This document shows positions 8,702-19,538 of a DNA stretch of 28,338 nucleotides, piece after piece. The notes below the pieces were generated by a model. The model was not told the DNA's origin, ran no database searches, and saw only the letters and a list, made by a program, of their open reading frames with translations. The translations under genes were made by a program, and so were the position numbers. The first letter of the stretch is position 1. Every line of letters begins with the position of its first letter. This DNA is from Tubiluchus corallicola (Eukaryota; Animalia; Priapulida). The stretch is taken from NCBI GenBank assembly GCA_030141605.1, contig JAQGDQ010002461.1, positions 1 to 28,338 of the forward strand, given 5' to 3'.

Positions 8702-11300
8702 ATGGCAAAAAATACAAAGATTAAAGAGACTCCTTTAATGAAACAGTACAATACGTTTAAAGCCAAGTACCCAAGCTCGTTATTACTTTTCAGGGTTGGT
8801 GATTTTTATGAAACATTTGGACAAGACGCTATAGTTGCTAGTAAAGAGCTTGACATTGTGCTAACAAAACGATCTAACGGAAGTACAGCAAAAGTAGAAC
8901 TAGCAGGGTTTCCATACCATGCATTAGATACATACTTGCCAAAGTTGATACGCGCAGGGCACAGAGTGGCTATCTGCGATCAATTAGAAGAGCCAAAGCA
9001 GGCCAAAGGAATTGTAAAAAGAGGTGTAACAGAGCTTGTAACCCCCGGTCTATCATATCATGACAATGTATTGCGAAAATCTCAAAACAATTATTTGGCT
9101 TCCATTCACATTCAAAAAGAAGAGGTAGGAATAGCCCTATTAGACCTTTCTACTGGCGAATTCTTTGTAGCTCAAGGAACCATGTCTTATGTGGAAAATC
9201 TAATGCAAAATTTTAACCCTGCAGAAGTGATTTTTTCAAAAAAATATAGAAATAGTTTTGAAACATTTTTTTCAGAAAATTATAATACATACTGCTTAGA
9301 TGATTGGATATATGAATATGATTTTTCTTACGAAAAATTAATAGAGCATTTTGAAACTAACTCCCTTAAAGGCTTTGGAATAGAAAACCTTCCCTTTGGT
9401 ATTGTTGCCGCAGGAACAATATTGCATTATTTAAGAGAGACTGAGCACAAAAACATTAAGCACATTACATCCGTTTCACGTATAGAAACAGAAGGCTATA
9501 TTTGGTTGGATAAATTCACCATCAAAAGTTTAGAACTTATCTATCCACAGCAAGAAAGTGGTGTGTCTTTAATGGAAATAATAGATGAAACCATGACACC
9601 AATGGGAGCAAGATTATTGAAAAGATGGATCATGCTACCCCTCAAAGATGGCAACAAAATACAAGAGCGATTAGATATTGTTGAGCTATTTCTGAAAAAG
9701 AGTTGCAAGAAAATATAATAAAGCACTTAAACCAAGTTGGCGATATAGAGAGACTTATAGGGAAAGTGGCTGCTAAAAGAATTAACCCAAGAGAGTTAGT
9801 GCAGCTCAAAAAATCAATTCAACATATTTTGCCTATCAGAGAGCTACTGAAAACAAGTGGCAATAGTATTTTACAGATGATTGGTGACCAAATCCACCCT
9901 TGCGAAGAGATACTGAAAAAAATTGATTGTGAAATAGAAGAGGAAGCTCCCATAATAACAAATCAAGGTAAGATAATAAAAAAAGGCGTGAACCAACAAC
10001 TTGATGAGTTGCGGCAAGTTGCCTATTCGGGAAAAGATTATTTAACCAAAATACAAGAAAAAGAGATAGAACAAACAGGGATTTCTTCGCTTAAAATATC
10101 TTATAATAAAGTATTTGGATATTATTTGGAAGTTACCAATAGGTATAAAGACAAAGTCCCTTCTAATTGGATTAGAAAACAGACCCTTGCCAATGCTGAG
10201 CGCTATATTACAGAAGAATTGAAAGTATATGAAAATCAAATCTTAACAGCAGAAGAGCAGATTTTTCAAATTGAACAACAATTATTTATAAAACTGGTAG
10301 AAGCGGTGTTAGATTATGTAAACCATATCCAAAATAACGCTAAAATGATTGCCAAAATAGATTGTTTGTCAGCATTTTGTCTTCTTGCCAAAAAAAATAA
10401 TTATGCAAAACCTGTTTTTATTGAACAAAACATAATAGATATTAAACAAGGCCGACACCCTGTAATAGAGAAGCAGCTGCCAACAGGAGAAGCATACGTC
10501 CCCAATGACGTATATATGGACAATGAAACCCAACAAATTTTGCTTATTACAGGGCCAAACATGGCAGGCAAATCCGCTTTATTACGACAAACGGCACTGA
10601 TTATATTAATGGCTCAAATAGGCTCATTTTACCTGCAGAACAGGCAACTCTTGGTATAGTGGATAAAATTTTTACTCGCGTAGGAGCTTCGGATAACATA
10701 GCAAAAGGCGAATCCACTTTTATGGTAGAAATGAATGAAACTGCCAGCATTCTTAATAATTTGAGCGACAGAAGTTTGGTGTTAATGGACGAAATAGGGC
10801 GGGGAACAAGCACATTTGACGGCATATCTATTGCATGGGCAATTATTGAATATTTGCATAACCACCAAAAAAACAGAGCGAAAACCCTATTTGCAACACA
10901 CTATCATGAATTAAATCAACTCAGCGAAGAACTTACAAGGGTTAAAAGCTTTAATGTTTCTGTGAAACAAATGGGCGATAAAATTATTCTCCTAAGAACA
11001 TTAAAAAAAGGAGGCATAGAGCATAGCTTTGGTATAAATGTGGCACAAATGTCAGGTATTCCAAAAAGTATAATCGAAAGAGCAAAACAAATATTATTAT
11101 ATTTAGAGCAAAACAAACAATCTGACACCTCTGACGTTGTGAAGAAAATTAAAGTTCCTGATTTTCAAATGAGTCTTTTTGAACAAGATCCGAAATCAAT
11201 AGCTATCCAAAAATTTGTAACTCAGCTTGACGTAAACACATTGTCTCCTATAGAGGCGTTATTAAAAATAAAAGAGCTTAAAGATATGATTAATAATTGA
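8702..11300 (+). pseudogene. mutS: DNA mismatch repair protein MutS, split into three ORFs by two frameshifts
   Basis: TPLMKQY and FRVGDFYETF (mismatch binding) in 8702..9718; GDIERL, RKQTLANAERY, GRHPVIE and GPNMAGKS in 9703..10659; STFMVEM, DEIGRGT and FATHYHEL in 10659..11300. Breaks lie at A5 9695-9699 and T4 10627-10630. Adding one base at the second restores GSF(V/L)PAEQATLGIVDKIFTRVGASD. Identity is certain; pseudogene versus error is not. Confidence 0.9.
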
Positions 11301-11328
11301 TGGTTTTTTTGTTAAATCGTTTTTTTTA

Positions 11329-11336
11329 TAAATTTG
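11329..11336 (+). promoter_or_regulatory. -7 box (TAAATTTG), with TTG at 11309-11311
   Basis: TAnnTTTG 22 bp before the K+ channel ATG. Confidence 0.55.
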
Positions 11337-11358
11337 AAAACTAATACATGCTAACAAT

Positions 11359-12372
11359 ATGAAAAGTTTATTATTAACAGGTTTAAATGGGCGTATCCTT
11401 TTTTTATCTTTAATAGGAATTTTTATTGCTGGGGTAACAGGTTTTGTCTATCTCTGTGGCTATGAGATAGTAGATGCTATATACATGACCATTATTACCA
11501 TTACCACAGTAGGATTTAAAGAAGTAATAGAGCTTAATGAAGATGGAAAAATATTTGTCTCTTTACTTATAGTTTGCAGTGTAGGGGTATATGCTCTTGT
11601 GTTAAATAGTATCTCGCAAATGATAAAAGATGGTAGAGTATTAAAAGAGTTTAAATTTAAAAAAAAAATGAATAAAATAGCAAAACTAAAAGATCATGTA
11701 ATAGTGTGCGGTTTTGGGAGGAACGGCAAAGAAACAGCTTTGCGATTGGAAGAGTATAATAAGCATTTTGTGGTGGTAGAAAAAACCTTACAACCTATAG
11801 AAAATAAAAAATTTAAACATGCCGTCTTTTTAGAAGGTGATGCTGCCGAAGATGAAACATTAGACAAAGCAGGTCTTAGCCATGCTTCCGCACTAGTAAC
11901 TACTTTGCCATCAGATAGTGAGAACCTATATATTGTAATGGCAGCAAGGCAAAAAAATTCCAAATTAACTATAATAAGCCGTGCAAGTAGTGACTCTTCT
12001 GTAAAAAAATTGAAGTTTGCAGGGGCAAGTAATGTAATAATGCCAGACAAACTAGGAGGCGGATATATGGCATCAGTTTTAGTAACTCCCAATTTAATTG
12101 GCTTTCTAAATCAATTAATTTTAGAAGATGTAAATACTACAAATCTAATAGAAATCAGTGGAAAAAATATCAGTGAACAATATCATTACCAAGCACTGAA
12201 AGACTTGGATTTAGAGAGAAGCACAGAGTGCATTGTGATAGGGTTTAAGTCTGAAAATGGCGACTATATTGTCAACCCCTCCCCCACAACAATTATTGAG
12301 CCTAACTCTTCACTAATAGTATTAGGTAATTCTAAACAAATAGAAAAAGCACTCAACACATTTAGACTATAA
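11359..12372 (+). CDS. MthK/Kch-like 2-TM potassium channel with an RCK (TrkA-N/C) domain
   Basis: TM1, pore helix AIYMTIITITTVGF, TM2, then DHVIVCGFGRNG, GDA and AGASNVIMP. Confidence 0.92.
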   Translation: MKSLLLTGLNGRILFLSLIGIFIAGVTGFVYLCGYEIVDAIYMTIITITTVGFKEVIELNEDGKIFVSLLIVCSVGVYALVLNSISQMIKDGRVLKEFKFKKKMNKIAKLKDHVIVCGFGRNGKETALRLEEYNKHFVVVEKTLQPIENKKFKHAVFLEGDAAEDETLDKAGLSHASALVTTLPSDSENLYIVMAARQKNSKLTIISRASSDSSVKKLKFAGASNVIMPDKLGGGYMASVLVTPNLIGFLNQLILEDVNTTNLIEISGKNISEQYHYQALKDLDLERSTECIVIGFKSENGDYIVNPSPTTIIEPNSSLIVLGNSKQIEKALNTFRL

Positions 12373-12407
12373 GAAAATATACCTAATCATTAGAACGCTA
12401 TTCAAAT

Positions 12408-14111
12408 ATGCTTCCTCAAACAATATTAAATGTTATAGAAATATTTCATCAACATAAAGTTTGTCATGTTGTTATCTCGCCGGGTTCAAGGTCTGCACCT
12501 TTGACACTTGCCTTTGCCCGCCACCCAAATATGAAAATAAAAGTTGTTTCTGATGAACGCTCTGCTGGGTTTATTGCGTTAGGTATGGCACAAGCTCTAA
12601 AAAAACCCGTAATATTAGTATGTACTTCTGGAACAGCAACATTAAACTATGCTCCTGCCATTTGCGAAGCATATTACTTACAAATACCTTTGATTGTGCT
12701 GACGGCAGACCGCCCCCCTGAGTGGATTGATCAAAATGATGGGCAAACCATTGTACAGAAATATATATATCAAAATTTTATAAAGAAAAGCTTTTCTTTT
12801 CCTGAATCTTACGAATATACAGACCAGCAATGGCACGCATACAGAATAACAAATGATGCCATTAGCATAAGTAAAAAACTCCCTCAAGCTCCCGTGCATA
12901 TCAATGTTCCTATACGCGAGCCATTTTATCCACCCCCCACACAGAAAACAGTTTATGAAAGCACAAAAATAATAAGAAACATAGAGAACAAACGCCTGCT
13001 CACAGAGAAACAATCAACGTTTATACAACAAGAGATTAAGAAATTTTCAAAAGTCATTATTCTTGTAGGACAGCATGACAAAGATAATGAGTTGGTAGTT
13101 CTGCTCTCTCAAATTACTGAAACATTCAGAGTCCCCATATTAGGTGAAATTATTTCCAACCTACATGACTGCAAAAATGTTATTAATCTGTTTGACGTAT
13201 TTCTATCCCCTAAACAAAATAAAACATTAGCCTCTTTGCAACCTGAGCTAATAATTAGTATTGGGAAGTCTACCCTATCGAAGAATTTAAAAATATTTTT
13301 GAGGAAAAATAAACCCATTCAACATTGGCACCTGCAACCCGATGAGCAATCTTTTATAGATACCTTTCAATCCATTACACACACTATTAATACTGATGTA
13401 AAGTCCGCTTTTAATTTTTTGTTGAAAAAATGTGAATTTAAAAAAAATGATACTTTTTTCACAGCTTGGCATGATCTGAATTACAAAACAAAAATGCGTA
13501 CACATGGCTTTTTTAACAACAAAGAATTTAATGAATTTGGAGCTATAAAGCTAATAATGGAGTGCCTTCCACCAAATTCATATTTGCATGTTGCCAACAG
13601 CCTACCCATAAGGTATGTCAATTGGATAGGATACAATAAACAAAATCAAAATATTAGGATATTTAGCAACAGAGGAACAAGTGGCATTGATGGCTGCGTA
13701 AGTACTGCGGTTGGTTTTGCTATGATACACAACAAGAGCATAACAACAATCATTACAGGGGATATGGCATTTTTTTATGATAGAAATAGTCTATGGCACA
13801 ATCACCTAACTAACAATTTAAGAATAATTATAGTCAACAACCACGGGGGTGGGATTTTTAGAGTTATAGAGGGGGCTTCTAAGCTTAATGAGATGCCTAC
13901 ATATTTTGAAACTGAACAAAAATTAAACGCCAAAAACACTGCAAAGGACTTTGATATAACATATTTTCATGCCAACTCACATGAGAATATAAAAAAAGAG
14001 CTTGCTCATTTTTTCAAACCAAGTAATAAAGCAAAATTGCTTGAAATTGAAACTACAAAAGCAACTAACAAAAAAATATTTGATGATTTTTGGTCAACTG
14101 TTTTATCTTGA
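12408..14111 (+). CDS. menD: SEPHCHC synthase (menaquinone biosynthesis)
   Basis: ISPGSRSAPL, DERSAGFIALG, CTSGTA, ADRP, NRGTSGIDG, GDMAFFYD and NNHGGGIF. Confidence 0.97.
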   Translation: MLPQTILNVIEIFHQHKVCHVVISPGSRSAPLTLAFARHPNMKIKVVSDERSAGFIALGMAQALKKPVILVCTSGTATLNYAPAICEAYYLQIPLIVLTADRPPEWIDQNDGQTIVQKYIYQNFIKKSFSFPESYEYTDQQWHAYRITNDAISISKKLPQAPVHINVPIREPFYPPPTQKTVYESTKIIRNIENKRLLTEKQSTFIQQEIKKFSKVIILVGQHDKDNELVVLLSQITETFRVPILGEIISNLHDCKNVINLFDVFLSPKQNKTLASLQPELIISIGKSTLSKNLKIFLRKNKPIQHWHLQPDEQSFIDTFQSITHTINTDVKSAFNFLLKKCEFKKNDTFFTAWHDLNYKTKMRTHGFFNNKEFNEFGAIKLIMECLPPNSYLHVANSLPIRYVNWIGYNKQNQNIRIFSNRGTSGIDGCVSTAVGFAMIHNKSITTIITGDMAFFYDRNSLWHNHLTNNLRIIIVNNHGGGIFRVIEGASKLNEMPTYFETEQKLNAKNTAKDFDITYFHANSHENIKKELAHFFKPSNKAKLLEIETTKATNKKIFDDFWSTVLS

Positions 14112-14154
14112 AAAACGTATAAAAAATCAACTATACAACATGGCCACTTTTTGG

Positions 14155-15066
14155 CTACATTTTAATCTTTTTTAAAATTTCTTTTCCCCCTTTCAGCAAA
14201 ATTTCTTTTGCCAACTCATTAGCCATAAACAATGCATTCTTTACTTTTCCTGATTTACTACTCTTAACCACCTTACTTCCATCAAGTGAGTAAACTCCTC
14301 CATCTAAGGTTATCATATCATTGTCAATAGTCGCAAATATAAATACTGGCACGCTACATCCTCCTTCTAAAACACGTAAAAATTCCCTCTCTGCCAATAT
14401 TCTACACTCTGTTATTGGGTGATTAATATGTTTTCGTATCAGTTCTTTTTTTGCTTTTTCCAAAGACTTTGTTGCTTCCACGGCAATAGCTCCTTGTCCT
14501 GCAGGAGGAGTAAATATTTCTGTATTTAAGTGTTGCTCTATCAAGCCATCATATCCCATTCTATGCACCCCAGAATATGCCAATATTATTGCATCACAAA
14601 GTCCATTTTGCATCTTTGCTATCCTAGTTTGTAGGTTCCCTCTCATATCTACTACCTTCACATTTGGATAATGATGTTTTAATATTGCAACTCTTCGCGT
14701 TGATGATGTGCCTACAACAATGTTTTGTGATAGTGATACATCTTTATGGCTTATTAATACATCATGTTCTTTTTCTCTTTCGGTGTACGCAATAATATCA
14801 AACTCTTTTGCCAACTCTGCTTGCATATCTTTTGCGCTATGTACAGCAATGTCTATGTACCCTTTAAGTAAAAAATCTTCCAATTCTTCTGTAAAAACTC
14901 CTTTAACTCCAATTTTGGAAATAGCTTTTTCCAACACCTTATCGCCCTTTGTATCTATGGAAACAATTTCCACATTGCAACCTGCTTGCTGAATCTGTCG
15001 AGCAACATACTCTGTTTGCCACATTGCTAATTTGCTTTTCCGCGTTCCTATTTTTATTGTACCCAT
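14155..15066 (-). CDS. hemC: Hydroxymethylbilane synthase (porphobilinogen deaminase)
   Basis: IGTRKSKLAMWQ, GVFTEELE, AVHSAKD, GTSSTRR, RGNLQTR and LEGGCSVP. Confidence 0.98.
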   Translation of the reverse strand: MGTIKIGTRKSKLAMWQTEYVARQIQQAGCNVEIVSIDTKGDKVLEKAISKIGVKGVFTEELEDFLLKGYIDIAVHSAKDMQAELAKEFDIIAYTEREKEHDVLISHKDVSLSQNIVVGTSSTRRVAILKHHYPNVKVVDMRGNLQTRIAKMQNGLCDAIILAYSGVHRMGYDGLIEQHLNTEIFTPPAGQGAIAVEATKSLEKAKKELIRKHINHPITECRILAEREFLRVLEGGCSVPVFIFATIDNDMITLDGGVYSLDGSKVVKSSKSGKVKNALFMANELAKEILLKGGKEILKKIKM

Positions 15067-15079
15067 TTTTATTCCAAAA

Positions 15080-16426
15080 TTATAATTCTAATAATTGCTT
15101 TTTTATTTTTTTCATGATTATAGACAACCTAACTTGTAGTAAAATAGCAGAGCCTGTCAGCCCTATTACTAATCCTATCCAAACACCATTTGCTTCTAAA
15201 CTTAAAGGGATAGCAAGTATATAAGTCAAAGGTATACCAATAACCCAATAAGCAATTAAGATTAATATAGTAGGCATGGAAGAGTCTGACAATCCTCTTA
15301 AAATACCCAATGTTACATTTTGAAACCCATCAGACACTTGAAAAAAAGCTGAAATAATGAGCAATGTAGATGCGATACTTACCACATCAACATCTTGAAT
15401 ATATACCAGTGGCAAATAATTACTGGTGAGAATACAAAGTAAAGCAGAACTTGCCATAATCATCGTTCCTAATTGCAACGAAGCAGATGCCATTTTTCTC
15501 ATCATGCTAAAATTTTGCTTCCCAAGTTGATGTCCAACGGTGATAGAAGCTGCCGATGTAATGCCAAGCACTACCATATAACTAATAGAGACAATATTAA
15601 GGGCAATTTGGTGAGCCGCTAATTGCGCTGGTATTTTTAATTTCCCTACAATAATAGCAGCAATGCTAAAAAGGCTTACTTCAAAAAAACTTTGAAGGCT
15701 CATGGGGATACCTTGTTTAAGAATTTTAATTGTCAAGCCTCCATGAAAATTACCAAGGTTAAAATTTTTCCTATACGGTACAAATTTCTTATCAAACAAT
15801 ATAAGTATTAACATTAACACAACAGCAACAATTCTTGAAATAAATGTCGCAGTAGCTGCCCCTTCCATGCCCATAGCACTAAACCCAAACTTTCCATAAA
15901 TAAGCAAATAGTTAAAACTAATGTTTATTACATTTGCTGTTATCATTATATACATTGGCAATTTTGTATACGATAGCCCTTCAGAAAATTGCTTAAACGC
16001 TTGAAAAATCATAAAAGGAAACAACGACAATCCAACAATTTTCAGATATGGTATTGCCAATTGTACAATATCTTCTTTTTGGTCTAATTGGTATAATAAA
16101 TCAGATTTGAAAAACAAAAATGACGACATGATGACACCTGCAAAAAAACAGATCAAAAAGCTATGTTTAAATATAGAAATTATCTCTTCTGTATCTTTTC
16201 GTCCATTAGCTTGGGCTGTAAGTGGAGTGATAGCAAAAGATAGTCCTATGCCTATTACAAGAACCACTATAAAAACACTATTGGCAAGTGATACCGCTGC
16301 AAGTGGATTCTCGCCCAAATGCCCTATCATTACATTATCAGCAACAGCAACTGTTACGTGTCCTAAATGCCCCAACATAATGGGGTAGGCAAGCTTTAAT
16401 ATTGATTTGTGATGTCTAAAATTCAT
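15080..16426 (-). CDS. MATE-family efflux transporter (NorM-like)
   Basis: 448 aa, ~12 TM; LAYPIMLG, DNVMIGHLG, GMEGAATAT, LAAHQIA and FQVSDG. Confidence 0.93.
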   Translation of the reverse strand: MNFRHHKSILKLAYPIMLGHLGHVTVAVADNVMIGHLGENPLAAVSLANSVFIVVLVIGIGLSFAITPLTAQANGRKDTEEIISIFKHSFLICFFAGVIMSSFLFFKSDLLYQLDQKEDIVQLAIPYLKIVGLSLFPFMIFQAFKQFSEGLSYTKLPMYIMITANVINISFNYLLIYGKFGFSAMGMEGAATATFISRIVAVVLMLILILFDKKFVPYRKNFNLGNFHGGLTIKILKQGIPMSLQSFFEVSLFSIAAIIVGKLKIPAQLAAHQIALNIVSISYMVVLGITSAASITVGHQLGKQNFSMMRKMASASLQLGTMIMASSALLCILTSNYLPLVYIQDVDVVSIASTLLIISAFFQVSDGFQNVTLGILRGLSDSSMPTILILIAYWVIGIPLTYILAIPLSLEANGVWIGLVIGLTGSAILLQVRLSIIMKKIKKQLLEL

Positions 16427-16440
16427 AAAAATGCAAGCAT

Positions 16441-17457
16441 TTAAGAAAATGATTGTTCTATCTTGCTAAATACTTGTAATGGTGTTATGTTTTGCATACA
16501 CGAACAAAAAGTATTTTTTTTACAATCATTGCACTCTTTATTTTGTTCCAAAACATAAGCATGCTTACCAATAGGCGCCCATCTACCCGAGTGCATAGGC
16601 TTTATTGAGGGATATATTCCTATAGTTATTTTACCTAGCATTGCAGCAATATGTATAGGTCCTGTACTTGCCGCTACTAAAGCATCTACTTTGCCTATCA
16701 AAGCAACAAACTCCTCTAATGACATTTGTCCCATTATGTTCACTGTTTCTTTCCTATGCTTTTCTACCCACAACTTGCACTCTTCTTTTTCTTCTTTTGT
16801 TCCACTAACTATGATGTTATATTTTTTTGATGTGGAAAGCAATTGTATGAGTTTAGAAAAATTTTCCAATCCCCATTCTCTACTACTCCCTTTTGACTTT
16901 GGATGCAATATAATGTTCTTTTTCTTTTTATCTAAAACAGAGCCATATTGTTGTGGTAAACTATAATGCTGTTTTATGCCATAATATTCAAACAATTTTT
17001 TTTGCTTCGGTATATCTGTAATTCCTAATGGTCGCAACAGTTTTACGTTGAGCTGAGCTTCGTGAAGATTAGACTTTTTACGAGAAAAAAAAACTAATTT
17101 ATTGCATGTAAACCAATGAAACCATCTATTTGATGTGCCTATTCTAATTGGTATTTTTGCTTTTTTACATATCTTACTAATGCCTAAATGAGCCCATATA
17201 TGTATTGCAACATCTATTTGTAATTGTTTCAACTCATCAACGGCTTTTTCTGTTTCAATGTTTTTCCACTCATCCCAATTTAAAAAGTAGTCAACATGTT
17301 TCGAAAGCTTAACAACAGACTTTGTGTATGAAGTTCCTAAATAATATATTTTACAATCAGAAAAATATTTCTTTAATATACCAAGGGCAATAAGAGTTAA
17401 AATGGAATCACCTATGCGGTCAGTTCTGCTAATAAGTATTTTTTTGACTGCCTTCAT
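16441..17457 (-). CDS. Glycosyltransferase family 9 (ADP-heptose:LPS heptosyltransferase-like)
   Basis: RTDRIGDSIL, IILHP, STGPIHIAA and RWAP motifs, plus a C-terminal Cys cluster (CMQNITP). Confidence 0.9.
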   Translation of the reverse strand: MKAVKKILISRTDRIGDSILTLIALGILKKYFSDCKIYYLGTSYTKSVVKLSKHVDYFLNWDEWKNIETEKAVDELKQLQIDVAIHIWAHLGISKICKKAKIPIRIGTSNRWFHWFTCNKLVFFSRKKSNLHEAQLNVKLLRPLGITDIPKQKKLFEYYGIKQHYSLPQQYGSVLDKKKKNIILHPKSKGSSREWGLENFSKLIQLLSTSKKYNIIVSGTKEEKEECKLWVEKHRKETVNIMGQMSLEEFVALIGKVDALVAASTGPIHIAAMLGKITIGIYPSIKPMHSGRWAPIGKHAYVLEQNKECNDCKKNTFCSCMQNITPLQVFSKIEQSFS

Positions 17458-17477
17458 TTTAAGATCATTTTATTGGA

Positions 17478-18407
17478 TCACTTGCCTTTATTGGCTAAAA
17501 GGTACAACACTGCCATTCGCACAGCCACGCCATTTTCTACTTGTTCAAGAATTAGAGAGTGTTTTGAGTCTGCAACATCGCTTGCTAATTCTATTCCTCT
17601 GTTTATAGGACCGGGATGAAGTATTGTTATTTCCTTATTTAAACTACTTAACAACTTTTTATTAATTCCATAATACAAGCTATATTCTCGCAATGACGGC
17701 AAGTAGTGTTGTTGTTGGCGTTCAAGTTGAATTCTTAAAACATTGGCAACATCACACCACCGCAACGCCTTGGCAACATCCAGCTCCTTCTTTACCCCAA
17801 GAGTCTCAATATACTTAGGTATGAGCGTATTAGGACCACACACCATTACTTCGGCTTGTGATTTTTTCAACAAAAAGATGTTGGATAGCGCAACACGAGA
17901 ATGCACAATATCTCCAATAATAGCAACTTTCAAGCCTTTCAAAGTGCCAAATTTCCTTTGGATAGTAAAAGCATCTAACAAGGCTTGAGTGGGGTGTTCA
18001 TGCGTGCCATCTCCTGCATTTACTATATTTGCATCAATATGTTGAGCAAGAAAATGAGGAGCGCCTTGAGACTTATGACGAATAACTATCATGTCTACTT
18101 TCATAGAAAGTATATTGTTTACAGTGTCCAATAGTGTTTCTCCTTTCTTAACCGAACTACTTGAAGAAGAGAAATTAATCACATCAGACGAAAGCCTTTT
18201 TTCTGCCAGCTCAAATGAAAGGCGAGTGCGCGTAGAGTTCTCAAAAAAAATGTTCGCAATAGTCAAGTTCCTTAATGTAGGTACTTTTTTTATCTGAGGG
18301 CGGTTGATTACATCTTTAAAGCTTTCAGCTGTTTCAAATATCAATTGAATATCATTGACATTTATGTCTTTAATTCCTAATAAATGTTTGGTACTTAGTT
18401 CGCCCAT
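17478..18407 (-). CDS. pyrB: Aspartate carbamoyltransferase catalytic subunit
   Basis: FFENSTRTRLSFE, NAGDGTHEHPTQ, GDIVHSRV, RIQLER and HPGPINRG. Confidence 0.98.
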   Translation of the reverse strand: MGELSTKHLLGIKDINVNDIQLIFETAESFKDVINRPQIKKVPTLRNLTIANIFFENSTRTRLSFELAEKRLSSDVINFSSSSSSVKKGETLLDTVNNILSMKVDMIVIRHKSQGAPHFLAQHIDANIVNAGDGTHEHPTQALLDAFTIQRKFGTLKGLKVAIIGDIVHSRVALSNIFLLKKSQAEVMVCGPNTLIPKYIETLGVKKELDVAKALRWCDVANVLRIQLERQQQHYLPSLREYSLYYGINKKLLSSLNKEITILHPGPINRGIELASDVADSKHSLILEQVENGVAVRMAVLYLLANKGK

Positions 18408-18416
18408 ATATTTTAT

Positions 18417-18953
18417 TTATTCTATTATCCAAACACTATTTATTTCATGCCCCTGCGCTATCCACTTCACTTCTATTTTTTGAGAAGATAATGTGTTTAC
18501 AGACTTACCTATATAGTTTGCTTCTATTGGCAAATCCCGAGCATAACTCCTTTCTATCAAAACAAGCAACTCAACGCTTTTGGGCCTACCAAAAGCAGTT
18601 AATGAATCCAATGCTGCTCTTGTACTTCTTCCCGTATATAATACATCATCTATTAAAACTACCTTTTTGTTTTCTATATTGCATGGTATTTTTGTAGTAC
18701 TAGCTTGAGGCAAGTTAGGTCTACGTCCAAAATCATCTCTATGAAATGTAATATCCAAATACCCTATAGGTATTTTTTGAGCTTGTAATTGTGCAAGCTG
18801 TTGCAGCATAGCATCTGCTAAAAAAATACCGCGAGGCTGCAAACCAATAAGCACTGTATCGGAAAAATCATTATGAGTCTCCATAAGCTGGCAGCATAGC
18901 CGACTTAATGTAATGTTAAGCAAATCTCCTTCCAATAATAACTTTCGTTTCAT
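18417..18953 (-). CDS. pyrR: Bifunctional pyr operon regulator / uracil phosphoribosyltransferase
   Basis: LDITFHRDD, PRPP-binding loop LIDDVLYTGRS and RDLPI; directly upstream of pyrB. Confidence 0.95.
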   Translation of the reverse strand: MKRKLLLEGDLLNITLSRLCCQLMETHNDFSDTVLIGLQPRGIFLADAMLQQLAQLQAQKIPIGYLDITFHRDDFGRRPNLPQASTTKIPCNIENKKVVLIDDVLYTGRSTRAALDSLTAFGRPKSVELLVLIERSYARDLPIEANYIGKSVNTLSSQKIEVKWIAQGHEINSVWIIE

Positions 18954-19172
18954 AATAGCCTAGCAAGTTCTATTAACAACCTAAATTAGTACAATTTTGA
19001 ACATATCACACTGTTAAAAACAAAGGTATCATTTTTTTTGTGATTTGAGAATAATAACACAAAAAAATAGATATAGGAAATGGGTATTGTAAAAGATATT
19101 CTTCAGTATTTTAAAGTTGTAAAGTTTTATTAAAAAAAACTTAGAAATATTATAATTGATCAAAATATTTTT

Positions 19173-19180
19173 TACCTTTG
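19173..19180 (+). promoter_or_regulatory. -7 box (TACCTTTG) for rpsT
   Basis: TAnnTTTG 24 bp before the ATG, followed by an A-rich leader. Confidence 0.7.
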
Positions 19181-19204
19181 CATTGTGGTTAAAATTAAAA
19201 AACA

Positions 19205-19462
19205 ATGGCGAATCATAAATCAGCAATTAAAAAAGTAAGGTCAGACCAAACAAAAAGAGAGCGTAACAGATATCAATTGAAAACTACGCGCACCTATATA
19301 AAGAGGCTAAAAGGAGCAAAAACAAAAGAAGAGGGCATATCTTTATATAAAACTGTTTCAAGTAAGTTAGATAAGTTGGCAAAAAATAATATTATTCATC
19401 AAAAAAATGCCTCTAATAAAAAATCTAAATTTCGAAAATTCGTTGACACCTTACCTGCATAA
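19205..19462 (+). CDS. rpsT: 30S ribosomal protein S20
   Basis: MANHKSAIKK...LDKLAKNNIIHQKNASNKKS; 85 aa and very basic. Confidence 0.97.
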   Translation: MANHKSAIKKVRSDQTKRERNRYQLKTTRTYIKRLKGAKTKEEGISLYKTVSSKLDKLAKNNIIHQKNASNKKSKFRKFVDTLPA

Positions 19463-19538
19463 TTATTAATTTTTTGTTGTAATATCTCCTACAACGCTAT
19501 TTTTTAGAATTTGTTAACCTATACATTATTTTTAATGC

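Noticed and set aside
18954-19204. PyrR-binding attenuator upstream of pyrR-pyrB
   Set aside because: No ARUCC-NGNGAGGYU binding-loop motif or convincing terminator/antiterminator is visible on the minus strand.
19463-19538. tRNA or terminator after rpsT
   Set aside because: No cloverleaf or GTTC T-loop; only a weak 6-bp hairpin (GTTGTA...TACAAC, 19476-19495).
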